Shown here piece after piece: positions 1 through 8,900 of a stretch of 64,000 nt of DNA. A program made the translations under genes and the position numbers. Below the pieces are notes generated by a model that was given only the letters and a program-made list of their open reading frames with translations, was not told the origin of the DNA and searched no databases. The stretch is from Bacteroidales bacterium (GTDB taxonomy: Bacteria > Bacteroidota > Bacteroidia > Bacteroidales > P3): contig JAGCUU010000001.1 in the NCBI GenBank assembly GCA_017962665.1, positions 245 through 64,244 of the forward strand, given 5' to 3'. Position 1 is the stretch's first letter. Each line of letters opens with the position of its first letter.

Positions 1-710
1 TACGTTATAACTCCATAGCCATATGCAAAAATATGTATGTAAACGATCACGGGTGGGTTTTCAGAGGAGAAATCGGCGATGAACCACGAGTTTATGACAG
101 CATCTTCATAGGGAACTATCAAGAAGCCTCCGTTATGACATTCTTCTACGATTCGGCATTGGACCTGCATCGTCCGAAACCCTGCTCCCCTGTGGATTCG
201 CTGTGGAGCGACGGGACTGCTGGTCATACGGTCACCCTCTCCTGGAGCAGTTCTGCCAGTCATCCTGGCTATGAACTTGCCTATATTCCCGAAACGGGCA
301 GTTGGGACAACGCCACCATCGTCGAGACATCCGACACCACGTTGGACGTTACCCTGCCTGACGACGGGTGCCACCTTTTTCGTGTCCGTGCCCTGTGCGA
401 CGGCAACAGGCGACCTCACAGCCCCTGGAGCGACACCATAACCGTCTGTACACAAGTCGGCATCGACAATGTCGGCACTTTGGAGTTCACCGTGTCGCCC
501 AACCCCACAACCGGACAGCTGACAATACAGATGAACCAGCAGGATCCGTTCGAAGTGACAATCTGCGACGTAAACGGCAAAGCCTTGTGGAATAGCAAGT
601 GCGAGAATCAGGTGTCCGAAATCGACCTCAGCACGCTTGCGGCTGGACAATACCTCCTCGTGGTGCGCACCAAAGACAAATATGGAGTGAAGACGATTGT
701 AAAGAAGTAA
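1..710 (+). CDS. T9SS-sorted secreted protein, C-terminal fragment (FN3-like region plus T9SS C-terminal sorting domain); the 5' end lies outside the window
   Basis: The frame is open from the window edge (codon phase from nt 3; no stop before the first ATG at 33). The tail TVSPNPTTGQLTIQ...AAGQYLLVVRTKDKYGVKTIVKK fits the type-A T9SS CTD pattern. Confidence 0.7.
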   Translation, partial: RYNSIAICKNMYVNDHGWVFRGEIGDEPRVYDSIFIGNYQEASVMTFFYDSALDLHRPKPCSPVDSLWSDGTAGHTVTLSWSSSASHPGYELAYIPETGSWDNATIVETSDTTLDVTLPDDGCHLFRVRALCDGNRRPHSPWSDTITVCTQVGIDNVGTLEFTVSPNPTTGQLTIQMNQQDPFEVTICDVNGKALWNSKCENQVSEIDLSTLAAGQYLLVVRTKDKYGVKTIVKK

Positions 711-908
711 CAGATGAATGTGATTTAAACGTCAATCTCTTGTTCACTATCCGTTATGGCAACCTCATTTGGGGCAAGCACGCCGACCTGAGCTTCTCTA
801 TAGAAGCCCTCCATTCAGGCGATTTGGAGTATTGCGATTAAAGGTTTACGATTGTTTTGAATTAGTTGCGAACGCTTACAACTATTTTTTTATTCATCAC
901 TTATTATG

Positions 909-916
909 TATATTTG
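909..916 (+). promoter_or_regulatory. Bacteroidetes-type -7 promoter box (TATATTTG)
   Basis: Exact match to TAnnTTTG, about 100 nt upstream of the 1015 CDS in an A+T-rich spacer. Confidence 0.45.
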
Positions 917-1014
917 CATTAGGATTACATGACGCAATTATACACATAAAACATTATAAACAAAACCAATAACATCGTATCTACAAATTATTTTTTTCAC
1001 ATAACACATATCTT

Positions 1015-1884
1015 ATGGCAAAAAAAACAAAATATGAGATTCTTGCTGTAAACCCGGCGACAGACAATATACCCGAATGTGGCTTAGGTGAATTCGTCAA
1101 CGGATTTACCGACACACACATCAACTACAAGATACAATTATTCACAATCATTCTGGGATGCATCACAGCACTGCTTGCCATCATCAATGTGTTCACAAAA
1201 TCGGAGCTATTAATTTTCTTAACAATAATTATTGGCGCTGTCTTTTTGATAATGCTGATAGTGGACTTTTATAGAATAAAAATAAAAAAACGCATTTCTG
1301 TTTTTTTGTACAAAGATGGCTTCCTATGGTTGGTGCAATCGAGCAACGGCAGCGTAATCAACAAAGAGACAATCAACTATTCGGATGTGTTTGGTATTAA
1401 TCTTAGTTCTACAAAACAATATACCAATGGTGTATACAACTGCACTAATTGTACCCTAAAAATAATGAGCAACAACCAAAGGGTCTTTTTCAATAAAAAC
1501 GGATTACATAAAAGCCAATTAAACGATCCAATACAATTTGAAACCGCAACCATGCTTGGCATGTATTTCATTAATCTACAATGGGGCAAAAGAAATCTCG
1601 AACAAACTATCATACAATTTAACCAAGAAGGCAAAGCGGTTTTCCTGACATCGGAATTCGGGGATGCGATCATTGTCACACAAGACACATTATCCCTCGG
1701 GGATAAACAAATAGACATGAAGTTGGGATTTGATTACAAGTTCGACAACGGACAATTAATAATCAAACAAAAAACTGACGAGAAAAAACTCTTCGGCAAA
1801 ACAAAGATAGTGATAAACATTAACGGTATGTTCAATCAATCCGCATTTCTATATCTGATTAAAAACCTTTTCGGGATAAAATAA
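1015..1884 (+). CDS. Hypothetical membrane protein with two predicted TM helices followed by a beta-rich soluble region
   Basis: 289-aa ORF with hydrophobic stretches LFTIILGCITALLAIINVF and LLIFLTIIIGAVFLIMLIV. I recognise no catalytic motif. The DNA is visibly A+T-rich. Confidence 0.6.
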   Translation: MAKKTKYEILAVNPATDNIPECGLGEFVNGFTDTHINYKIQLFTIILGCITALLAIINVFTKSELLIFLTIIIGAVFLIMLIVDFYRIKIKKRISVFLYKDGFLWLVQSSNGSVINKETINYSDVFGINLSSTKQYTNGVYNCTNCTLKIMSNNQRVFFNKNGLHKSQLNDPIQFETATMLGMYFINLQWGKRNLEQTIIQFNQEGKAVFLTSEFGDAIIVTQDTLSLGDKQIDMKLGFDYKFDNGQLIIKQKTDEKKLFGKTKIVININGMFNQSAFLYLIKNLFGIK

Positions 1885-1921
1885 TAATTCTCCTCGTTTC
1901 GAACAATAACAACTGACAAAA

Positions 1922-2425
1922 ATGAAACCTAAAGCATTGAAACTATTCATTTTTTCAGCGGCCATCGTGTGCCTTACATCGTTTACCGTCAATAGGCAAA
2001 CCGCATCAACGGCTAAAAACGCCGTCTTGACAGAAAATCATACACACTCAACACTGCACGGCAGGGAGTGTCCCAATTGTAAAGGGAACGGCAGAATTCA
2101 GATTGACTGCAGCTTTTGCGACAACGGCAACCGTGAATGCCAGCTGTGCTATGGCAAATGCGAGATTCGTTGCACCTATTGCCAAGGTGGTGGTAGTTTT
2201 AGATGCAACAGCTGTGCAGGACGGGGATACTTCGGAGAGGAAGAATGCTCAAACTGCAAAGGCTCAGGAGAAATCCAATGCGAAAGCTGCAAGGGCACAA
2301 AAATAACACCCTGCCCAAGTTGCGGGGCATCGGGACTTGTGGCTTGCCTATCGTGTGGCGGAAAAGGATACACCGACTGGAAATGCCCAGAATGCGATGG
2401 CTCAGGCGTGGTGGATGACGATTAA
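1922..2425 (+). CDS. Exported cysteine-rich protein with ten DnaJ-type CxxCxGxG zinc-finger-like repeats
   Basis: N-terminal signal-like segment MKPKALKLFIFSAAIVCLTS. CxxC pairs lie at aa 50/53, 63/66, 73/76, 84/87, 95/98, 109/112, 120/123, 131/134, 142/145 and 155/158, mostly followed by xGxG. Confidence 0.75.
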   Translation: MKPKALKLFIFSAAIVCLTSFTVNRQTASTAKNAVLTENHTHSTLHGRECPNCKGNGRIQIDCSFCDNGNRECQLCYGKCEIRCTYCQGGGSFRCNSCAGRGYFGEEECSNCKGSGEIQCESCKGTKITPCPSCGASGLVACLSCGGKGYTDWKCPECDGSGVVDDD

Positions 2426-2448
2426 CAACAAACAAAAACCATAATGAT

Positions 2449-2925
2449 ATGAATCGTATTGTTCTTTTAGCCGCCATCGTCATTCTTCCCATTCTGTCGA
2501 TGGCACAAAACACAGACAATAACACCGCCGAGACCAAAGACTCCATTTTTATTGTAATCTCCTCAGACAATATTTTCTCAAGGTGCTTCACCCATTGCGA
2601 TTTGAACGAAGATGGCAAAGTCAGTTTCGCCGAGGCAAAAAAAACAACAAAACTTAATCTCAATTACGGCGGACGCAAAAATATCATTTCCGACTACTCG
2701 TTCCTGAAATATTTCCCCAATCTAATTGAATTGTCAATTGGGAACACCCCAAACGAGTCTATAGATTTGAGCAAAAACACCAAACTGGAAATAATAGACC
2801 TGCGAGGCGGTCTATGGATTAAAGAGGTAACAATCGTCAGGGGCTGCAACCCTAAAATATTTTTCCCAATACACGACCAACCCATAACCTTCAAGCAAGT
2901 TCCAGACCCTAATTCAATTTGGTAA
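2449..2925 (+). CDS. Secreted leucine-rich-repeat-like protein with an EF-hand/dockerin-like Ca-binding loop
   Basis: Signal peptide MNRIVLLAAIVILPILSMAQ. The loop DLNEDGKVSFAE fits DxNxDGxxxxxE. LRR-like segments include FPNLIELSIGN and NTKLEIIDLRG. Confidence 0.6.
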   Translation: MNRIVLLAAIVILPILSMAQNTDNNTAETKDSIFIVISSDNIFSRCFTHCDLNEDGKVSFAEAKKTTKLNLNYGGRKNIISDYSFLKYFPNLIELSIGNTPNESIDLSKNTKLEIIDLRGGLWIKEVTIVRGCNPKIFFPIHDQPITFKQVPDPNSIW

Positions 2926-2952
2926 CCACCTGAATATACATGCAACAATAAA

Positions 2953-3537
2953 ATGCACGACACAGTCCCTGTTGAGAAGCATCCTTTAAAACCGTTTTTG
3001 CCGAGCAATGCAAAACTCCTGATGCTCGGCAGCTTCCCTCCTCCAAGGAAGCGGTGGTGTATGGAATTCTTCTATCCCAACAGATCCAACATGATGTGGG
3101 AAATCTTCGGGGAGGTGTTCTTCAATGACAGCCAGCGGCTGGTGGATAAGGTGAACCGTTCGTTCAAAATGGAAGAATTAAAGGCTCTCCTCAAGGAACG
3201 TGGAATTGCCATCTTCGACACCGCCACAGCAGTACAAAGGCTGAACGGCAATGCATCGGACAAGGATCTCCTCATCGTAGAGAAAACCGATATCGCATCG
3301 CTGCTCGCCATTATTCCACAATGCAACGATATTGTCTGCACCGGTCAAAAGAGTTTCTCGGTACTGACCGAAGACTATGGTGTCAAAGTTCCAAAGATGG
3401 GTGAATACAACGAATTTACCATCAACGGTCGCCAACTACGCCTATGGCGTATGCCCTCCTCCTCACGCGCATACCCCATGCCCTTCAAGGAGAAAGCCGC
3501 CCATTATAAACGCATGATGCAAACGGTCTTAATATGA
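2953..3537 (+). CDS. Uracil-DNA glycosylase superfamily protein (hypoxanthine/deoxyinosine DNA glycosylase-like, family 6-like)
   Basis: Motifs LMLGSFPPP and FFYPNRSNMMWEI resemble the GSFPS / FYY..N.FW signatures of the family. The stop overlaps the nhaC start (ATGA at 3534-3537). Confidence 0.6.
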   Translation: MHDTVPVEKHPLKPFLPSNAKLLMLGSFPPPRKRWCMEFFYPNRSNMMWEIFGEVFFNDSQRLVDKVNRSFKMEELKALLKERGIAIFDTATAVQRLNGNASDKDLLIVEKTDIASLLAIIPQCNDIVCTGQKSFSVLTEDYGVKVPKMGEYNEFTINGRQLRLWRMPSSSRAYPMPFKEKAAHYKRMMQTVLI

Positions 3538-5000
3538 GAGAATCATCGCCTACCGCCCTGCCAAAAATCCATTGGACCATCGCACTCATTCCTTTCCTTG
3601 TGCTTGTGGCTCTGCAGGTGCTTGTCATTCGCCAGTTCGGATCCGACGCCATCGACGGCGCAAGCCAAACTGTGCTCCTCTTTGTGGCAGGGGTAGCCGC
3701 TGCCATATCCATGATTTTCTATAAAGTATCATGGAAGAATATCAACAACGCCATCGGCGACAATATCAAAACCATAGGCCCTGCAGTACTAATCCTTTTC
3801 CTCATCGGTGCAATATCCGGCAGCTGGATGATTAGCGGAGTGGTGCCTACGATGATATACTATGGAATGCAAATCCTTACTCCTTCGCTGTTCCTATTCT
3901 TCGCCTGCCTCATCTGTGCACTGGTGTCACTGGTCACCGGCAGCTCATGGACCACAGTGGCCACGGTAGGCATAGCCCTCATCGGCATAGGCACCGCACA
4001 TGGCTACGCCGTGGGGTGGACAGCCGGTGCCATTATTTCAGGAGCTTACTTCGGAGACAAGATATCACCTCTATCAGACACAACAGTGCTTGCCTCTTCG
4101 GTTGGCGAGGTGCCTCTCTTCAAACATATCCGCTACATGCTTATAACAACGATACCGTCGTTCACAATAGCACTGATTATCTTCCTTGCGGCAAGCCTGT
4201 CACACACCACAACCGGCATCCCGCAGACAGAGTCGTTCGCCGACGGACTACAGAGTACCTTCTGCATCAGCCCATGGCTGCTGTTTGTACCTGTATTTAC
4301 CGGTGTACTTATCGCCCTGAGACTTCCCGCCGCCATAATCCTCTTCCTCTCTGCTCTTTCTGCAGGCGGCGTCATGCTGTTTGTCCAGCCTGAGATAGTG
4401 GCGGGAATCGGCAACGGCAACATGTTCCGCGGTATGATGATGACTTTCTATAGCGACACATCTATCGATACCGGCAATGCGGTTCTTTCGGAACTTGTGC
4501 AGACTCGAGGCATGAAAGGAATGCTGAGCACCGTCTTCCTTATCTTCTGCGCCTCCACTTTCGGTGGTGCGTTGACAGGAGGCGGCATGATGCAGAGCCT
4601 CACGTCAGCCCTCGCCCGCGGCATCAGCGGACGCCGCTCACTGGTGACAACCACGGTGGGTACAGGCCTCTTCGCCAACATGGCCACAGGTGACCAATAT
4701 CTGAGCATAGTGCTCACAGGCAACATCTACAAGAAACTCTATCGCGACAAAGGATTCGAAGGTCGCCTGCTGAGCCGCTCAACAGAGGACTCCGCCACCG
4801 TAACTTCGGTACTGATACCCTGGAACACATGCGGCATGACGCAGTCCATGGTGCTAAAAGTACCTACATTAGACTACATTCCGTATTGCTTCTTCAACAT
4901 CATATCGCCTCTGATGTCGATAACCATAGCTATGATTGGCTACAAGATATTCAGACACGACTCTTCCGCCAACATGGAGCAGGAAGAATCGAAGCTTTGA
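3534..5000 (+). CDS. nhaC: Na+/H+ antiporter, NhaC family
   Basis: 488-aa polytopic membrane protein. Length and sequence blocks (GSWMISGVVPTMIYYG, TGDQYLSIVL, IPWNTCG) are typical of NhaC. Confidence 0.8.
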   Translation: MRESSPTALPKIHWTIALIPFLVLVALQVLVIRQFGSDAIDGASQTVLLFVAGVAAAISMIFYKVSWKNINNAIGDNIKTIGPAVLILFLIGAISGSWMISGVVPTMIYYGMQILTPSLFLFFACLICALVSLVTGSSWTTVATVGIALIGIGTAHGYAVGWTAGAIISGAYFGDKISPLSDTTVLASSVGEVPLFKHIRYMLITTIPSFTIALIIFLAASLSHTTTGIPQTESFADGLQSTFCISPWLLFVPVFTGVLIALRLPAAIILFLSALSAGGVMLFVQPEIVAGIGNGNMFRGMMMTFYSDTSIDTGNAVLSELVQTRGMKGMLSTVFLIFCASTFGGALTGGGMMQSLTSALARGISGRRSLVTTTVGTGLFANMATGDQYLSIVLTGNIYKKLYRDKGFEGRLLSRSTEDSATVTSVLIPWNTCGMTQSMVLKVPTLDYIPYCFFNIISPLMSITIAMIGYKIFRHDSSANMEQEESKL

Positions 5001-5010
5001 TTTACAAACA

Positions 5011-5538
5011 CTATATCTCGAAAACCTTTATTTCGCAGTTTCCTAAAGCGAAAGCTGCAAATTCTTCATTATCCATACACTCGAAATAATTGGAAAAGAC
5101 ACGACAGATGCCGTTATGTGCAACAACCAACGCATCCTCTCGCCTCTCCTTCATTCGCTCAATAAAGGGATATACCCTTGCGGCTACATCCATGTAGGAC
5201 TCGCCGCCTTCGTATCGTCTGAAAAACTGTCGCTTCGCCTTCTGGTATTCCTCGTCGAAACGATACATTCCTTCATACTTGCCAAAGTTCATCTCATTCA
5301 GACATTCGCATACACATAGACGGCAATCCTTGTGTGAGCTTGCAACAATTCTTCCAGTAATGGCGGCTCTTTGAAGCTGGGAAGTATAGACCACATCCAA
5401 GTGAACGTCGGCCAGCTTTTGGGCCAGTAGCTCCGCCTGTCTGACTCCTTCATCATTTAACGGAATATCCGTCAAACCCTGAACCAAATTTTTCTGGTTC
5501 CATATTGTCTCCCCATGCCTCGTCAGGTATATCTTCAT
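5011..5538 (-). CDS. Histidine phosphatase family protein (phosphoglycerate mutase-like)
   Basis: N-terminal LTRHGET catalytic motif plus a downstream H in VVAHNG. Confidence 0.8.
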   Translation of the reverse strand: MKIYLTRHGETIWNQKNLVQGLTDIPLNDEGVRQAELLAQKLADVHLDVVYTSQLQRAAITGRIVASSHKDCRLCVCECLNEMNFGKYEGMYRFDEEYQKAKRQFFRRYEGGESYMDVAARVYPFIERMKERREDALVVAHNGICRVFSNYFECMDNEEFAAFALGNCEIKVFEI

Positions 5539-5584
5539 ACTCCTATTATCCTTTCACAAAGGGAAAACATCGGCGTAAGTGGAA

Positions 5585-6013
5585 CTATAATATCACACTG
5601 ACCTTAAAATACTTGGTACCTATATTAGCCAGCGATTCCAAGGTCTGGAAATCGGTGTCTTTGAATTTGAAAGTTATTATTCCCGGCTCGATATCATACT
5701 CAAAACGTTCCTGAAAGGGAACACCGTTGTCGTCAAGATAGTAGAGCGTGTATGGCAGGATGTTGTCGCGTCCGTCTTCATCGATATAGTATACCAGAAC
5801 GACACCTCCTTCAATAACTTCTGGTGTAATGTCGAAGTTTTCCCACGACGAATAGACATATTGCACAGTATAGGTGCTGTCGGAATTCATAGTGGAAAAC
5901 ACAGACCAGTCATTGCTGTTAACCTTATAATATGAGGTCAGAACACGTGATCTCTCCTGACATCCGGAGAAAAGAAGCACGGCGGCGATTATAGGCAAGA
6001 ATAACTTTTTCAT
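5585..6013 (-). CDS. Hypothetical lipoprotein
   Basis: Signal peptide plus lipobox: MKKLFLPIIAAVLLFSGC. Confidence 0.6.
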   Translation of the reverse strand: MKKLFLPIIAAVLLFSGCQERSRVLTSYYKVNSNDWSVFSTMNSDSTYTVQYVYSSWENFDITPEVIEGGVVLVYYIDEDGRDNILPYTLYYLDDNGVPFQERFEYDIEPGIITFKFKDTDFQTLESLANIGTKYFKVSVIL

Positions 6014-6131
6014 GTTTTTATCAAATTAATCGAATAACCTTTAAACTAATAAGTTGCAAAATAATTTATTTATAATGAGCAAAAAACAATCTTTAACCTT
6101 TACAACATCATACTTCAAACGTCTTTAAACG

Positions 6132-6345
6132 TTAACCGTTATTGATGGGAAGTCAAAGAAGTTAAGGGAAGTTATCGCGCTTCGCGCTGGAAGTTAAAGG
6201 GACAATACAATCCAAGCAAAATCATTTGTCCTTTAACTCCTCTTAACTCCACACTAACTCCCTTTAACCGTGAACCTTTAACCAATACGTAACTCCCCTT
6301 AACTCCATACAAAATTCCTTTAACTTCTCTATCTTTAACCGTTAT
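6132..6345. repeat. MITE-like structured repeat element with 11-bp flanking direct repeats, imperfect inverted termini, nested inverted repeats and a TTAAC-motif array
   Basis: Direct repeat TTAACCGTTAT at 6132-6142 and 6335-6345. Termini: GATGGGAAGTCAAAG (6144-6158) versus the reverse complement of 6318-6333 (GATAGAGAAGTTAAAG). Inverted pairs: 6158-6174/6290-6306 (15 of 17) and 6189-6204/6227-6240. Confidence 0.5.
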
Positions 6346-6360
6346 AATAACGGCTTTTTT
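6339..6360 (+). terminator. Orphan intrinsic-terminator-like hairpin (CCGTT-ATAAT-AACGG then C+T6)
   Basis: A 5-bp stem plus U-run, readable only on the plus strand. There is no plus-strand CDS upstream, so it could end an unannotated plus-strand transcript across the repeat element, or it could be coincidental. Confidence 0.3.
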
Positions 6361-6390
6361 CAACAATTATTGCATATGATCCGGTTTTTG

Positions 6391-8871
6391 TCATTTCATC
6401 CGAACAATGGTTATTCCGTCGCCACCAAGTTCGACAGGGGCGGATTGGAACGACTGGACCTCTGGAATGGACATCAAACGCTGCCTGATAATAGTCTTCA
6501 GTATGCCGTAACCCTTTCCATGAAGGATACGAAGATCTTTCTCGCTCAAGAGTTGAGCGTCGTCAAGGAAATGCTGAAGCTCGTCCAGCGCCTCTTCGGC
6601 ACGGTGGCCGCGTAGGTCAAGGGTTGGATTGAAATATTTGCGTTTTTCGTTGATGTCGTCATAAAAGGACTGGAAACGGTTACCCTGCTGCCGGTTCCGT
6701 TCTACAGGTATAACTTTTTTACGGGTACGCTGCAGACGGTCAGTAGCTATGGTCATACGCAGACTGTTGCTTTCCACTATGGCCTTTTTCCCTTTTAGCT
6801 CCACCAGCTGACCGTAGGTGTCGCCTTGATCTATGCGCACAATATCGCCCACTTGCAATGGCCCGTCAGCAATCTCAAGTTCCGTGAGACGTTCTTTCTT
6901 CTTCTGTTCATCGCTTTCATCACTGGCGACTGCTATCTTGTTCTCGTCGCGTTGACGGCGGTGTTTCTCTTCGTGTTTGCGCTGCTGACGTTCCAACTCC
7001 TCTGCATCCTGACGCATACGTTCACGGGCTTGCTGGGTCTGCTCGCGCTCGGCATTGGATTTCTTGATGTCGGCAATAGTGCGCTCCACAGTGCGGTTGG
7101 CATCGCTGATTATCTGTTTGGCCTGCTGGCGTGCTTCGCTGAGAATTTCGTATTTCTTGCTCTCCAGTTTTTCTGTCAGACTCTGATATTTGGCAATCAC
7201 CTCGTTGAGGAAATTGTCCGACACCTGCAACTCGGTACGCTGCCGTGCTATCTCTTGCTTGTCCAGCTCTATCTGCTGCAGCTGGTGTTCGAAATTGAGC
7301 ATCTCACTTCCAACCTTGCTCTCGGCAGCCTCGAGGACATCGAGCGGAAAGCCTGTTTTGGTGGCAATCTCAAAAGCAAACGAACTGCCAGGGAGACCAA
7401 TGGAAAGTCGGTAAAGCGGCGTCATACGTTCCGTATCGAAAAGCATCGCGCCATTCTTGATTCCGTCGTAACGGTCGGCGAGCATTTTGAGGTCAGCGAA
7501 GTGGGTGGTGACAACACCAAACGAGCCTCTCCTGTAGAGCTCCTCCAACACCGCCTCAGCAATGGCACAACCCGAACGAGGTTCAGTGCCGCCGCCAAGC
7601 TCGTCGAGCAGAAACAGTGTCTTGCCATCGGCAACAGACAAAAGTTGCTTCATATTCTGGAGATGTGACGAGTAGGTACTTAAGTCATCCTCCAGCGACT
7701 GTTGGTCTCCAATGTCAATAAAGACACGGTCGAAAATCCCAAATTCCGATGTTTCGCGGCAGGGAACAAGCAGACCGCATTGAAGCATGTATTGTATCAA
7801 CCCTACAGCTTTAAGGCAAACCGATTTTCCTCCGGCATTAGGGCCTGAGATTATCAGTATTGTTGAAGGTGAGGCTTCATTGGCGCCACTGCCCAGGGTA
7901 ATGCTGAATGGCACCACCTCCTTGTTCTGGCTACGGTGGTTGAGGTAGAGCAGCGGGTGGCGTGCATCGAGCCAGCCTATCATGGGACGGTCATTGACTA
8001 TGGGCATCACTCCACCGATTTCGAGAGCAAAACGAGCCTTTGCCCTGATAAAATCTATTCTGGCAAGAAACCAGTAGGCTCGCTCAAGGGTTTCTATCTG
8101 AGGACGGACATAGTCGGTAAATGCCAAAAGAATCTTCTGGATTTCGTGCCGCTCCGCAAATTCAAGTTCTCGAAGGTCGTTGTTCAGCTCCACCACTTCG
8201 GTAGGTTCCAGATATGCTGTCTGCCGCGTCGCAGACTCGTCATGGATAAGTCCTTTCATTTTACGGCGGTGGGTGTCGAGCATTGGTATTACTAGTCTCC
8301 CGTTACGGATAGTCACCTCGGCGTTTTCCGGTGCCCAGCCTTCCCGTTTGGCACGTGCCAACGAGCGACCTATCTGGGTGTCCACCTCTCCTCGCTTGCG
8401 GAGCATCTGACGGCGTATCTCTAACAACGCCGGCGAGGCATCGTCGAAGATTTCACCTTTGTCGTTGACAATTTTGTTGAGTCTCTTGAGGATATTCGCG
8501 TCAAGTTCCACCCTTCGGGCAAGTTCATAAAGCATCGGGTACTTCTCGCCGCCATCGGCAAGCAGGAATTTCAGGCAGCCTCCAATGGTCATCAGGGAGA
8601 CTTTGAAATCAACCAAAGCTTCCGGGTCTATTATGGTGTTGGCAACCTTCAGACGAACCAGTTCTTCAGTAAGATCGATATAGTCCTGCGACGGAAAGCT
8701 GTTCTCCATCAACAAAATGTTCCGAAACTCCTCAGTCTGACGCAGCTGACGTTCAACACGCTCTGCGTTGTTGGAAAAAGCCATTTCCTCCACCATGCGG
8801 GCAGCAAGCCGGTTGGTCGTTTCAGCAGCAATAAGGTCACGTATTTTGTCAAAAGAGAGTTTTGATTCCAT
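6391..8871 (-). CDS. mutS2: Endonuclease MutS2 (MutS domain V ATPase plus C-terminal Smr domain)
   Basis: Walker A GPNAGGKS and Smr block LDLRGHRAEEAL...LRILHGKGYGILK. The ORF extends to 8904, but the ATG at 8871 (MESKLSF) is the more plausible start. Confidence 0.9.
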   Translation of the reverse strand: MESKLSFDKIRDLIAAETTNRLAARMVEEMAFSNNAERVERQLRQTEEFRNILLMENSFPSQDYIDLTEELVRLKVANTIIDPEALVDFKVSLMTIGGCLKFLLADGGEKYPMLYELARRVELDANILKRLNKIVNDKGEIFDDASPALLEIRRQMLRKRGEVDTQIGRSLARAKREGWAPENAEVTIRNGRLVIPMLDTHRRKMKGLIHDESATRQTAYLEPTEVVELNNDLRELEFAERHEIQKILLAFTDYVRPQIETLERAYWFLARIDFIRAKARFALEIGGVMPIVNDRPMIGWLDARHPLLYLNHRSQNKEVVPFSITLGSGANEASPSTILIISGPNAGGKSVCLKAVGLIQYMLQCGLLVPCRETSEFGIFDRVFIDIGDQQSLEDDLSTYSSHLQNMKQLLSVADGKTLFLLDELGGGTEPRSGCAIAEAVLEELYRRGSFGVVTTHFADLKMLADRYDGIKNGAMLFDTERMTPLYRLSIGLPGSSFAFEIATKTGFPLDVLEAAESKVGSEMLNFEHQLQQIELDKQEIARQRTELQVSDNFLNEVIAKYQSLTEKLESKKYEILSEARQQAKQIISDANRTVERTIADIKKSNAEREQTQQARERMRQDAEELERQQRKHEEKHRRQRDENKIAVASDESDEQKKKERLTELEIADGPLQVGDIVRIDQGDTYGQLVELKGKKAIVESNSLRMTIATDRLQRTRKKVIPVERNRQQGNRFQSFYDDINEKRKYFNPTLDLRGHRAEEALDELQHFLDDAQLLSEKDLRILHGKGYGILKTIIRQRLMSIPEVQSFQSAPVELGGDGITIVRMK

Positions 8872-8900
8872 TTTGTTATCTTCAATTAAAAAAAAGACGT

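Noticed and set aside
6172-6366. 64-aa minus-strand ORF with a repeated VKG peptide motif
   Set aside because: The VKG repeats are just GTTAA(A/G)GG motifs of the repeat element read in frame. Motif spacing is 10-11 nt (not multiples of 3), only some copies fall in frame, and there is no promoter or start context. I treat it as non-coding.
6826-7668. 280-aa ORF antisense to mutS2 (and similarly 13972-14679 antisense to the ABC ATPase)
   Set aside because: These are shadow ORFs within strongly supported genes. The Leu/Phe-rich translation mirrors the Lys/Glu-rich coiled-coil region on the coding strand.
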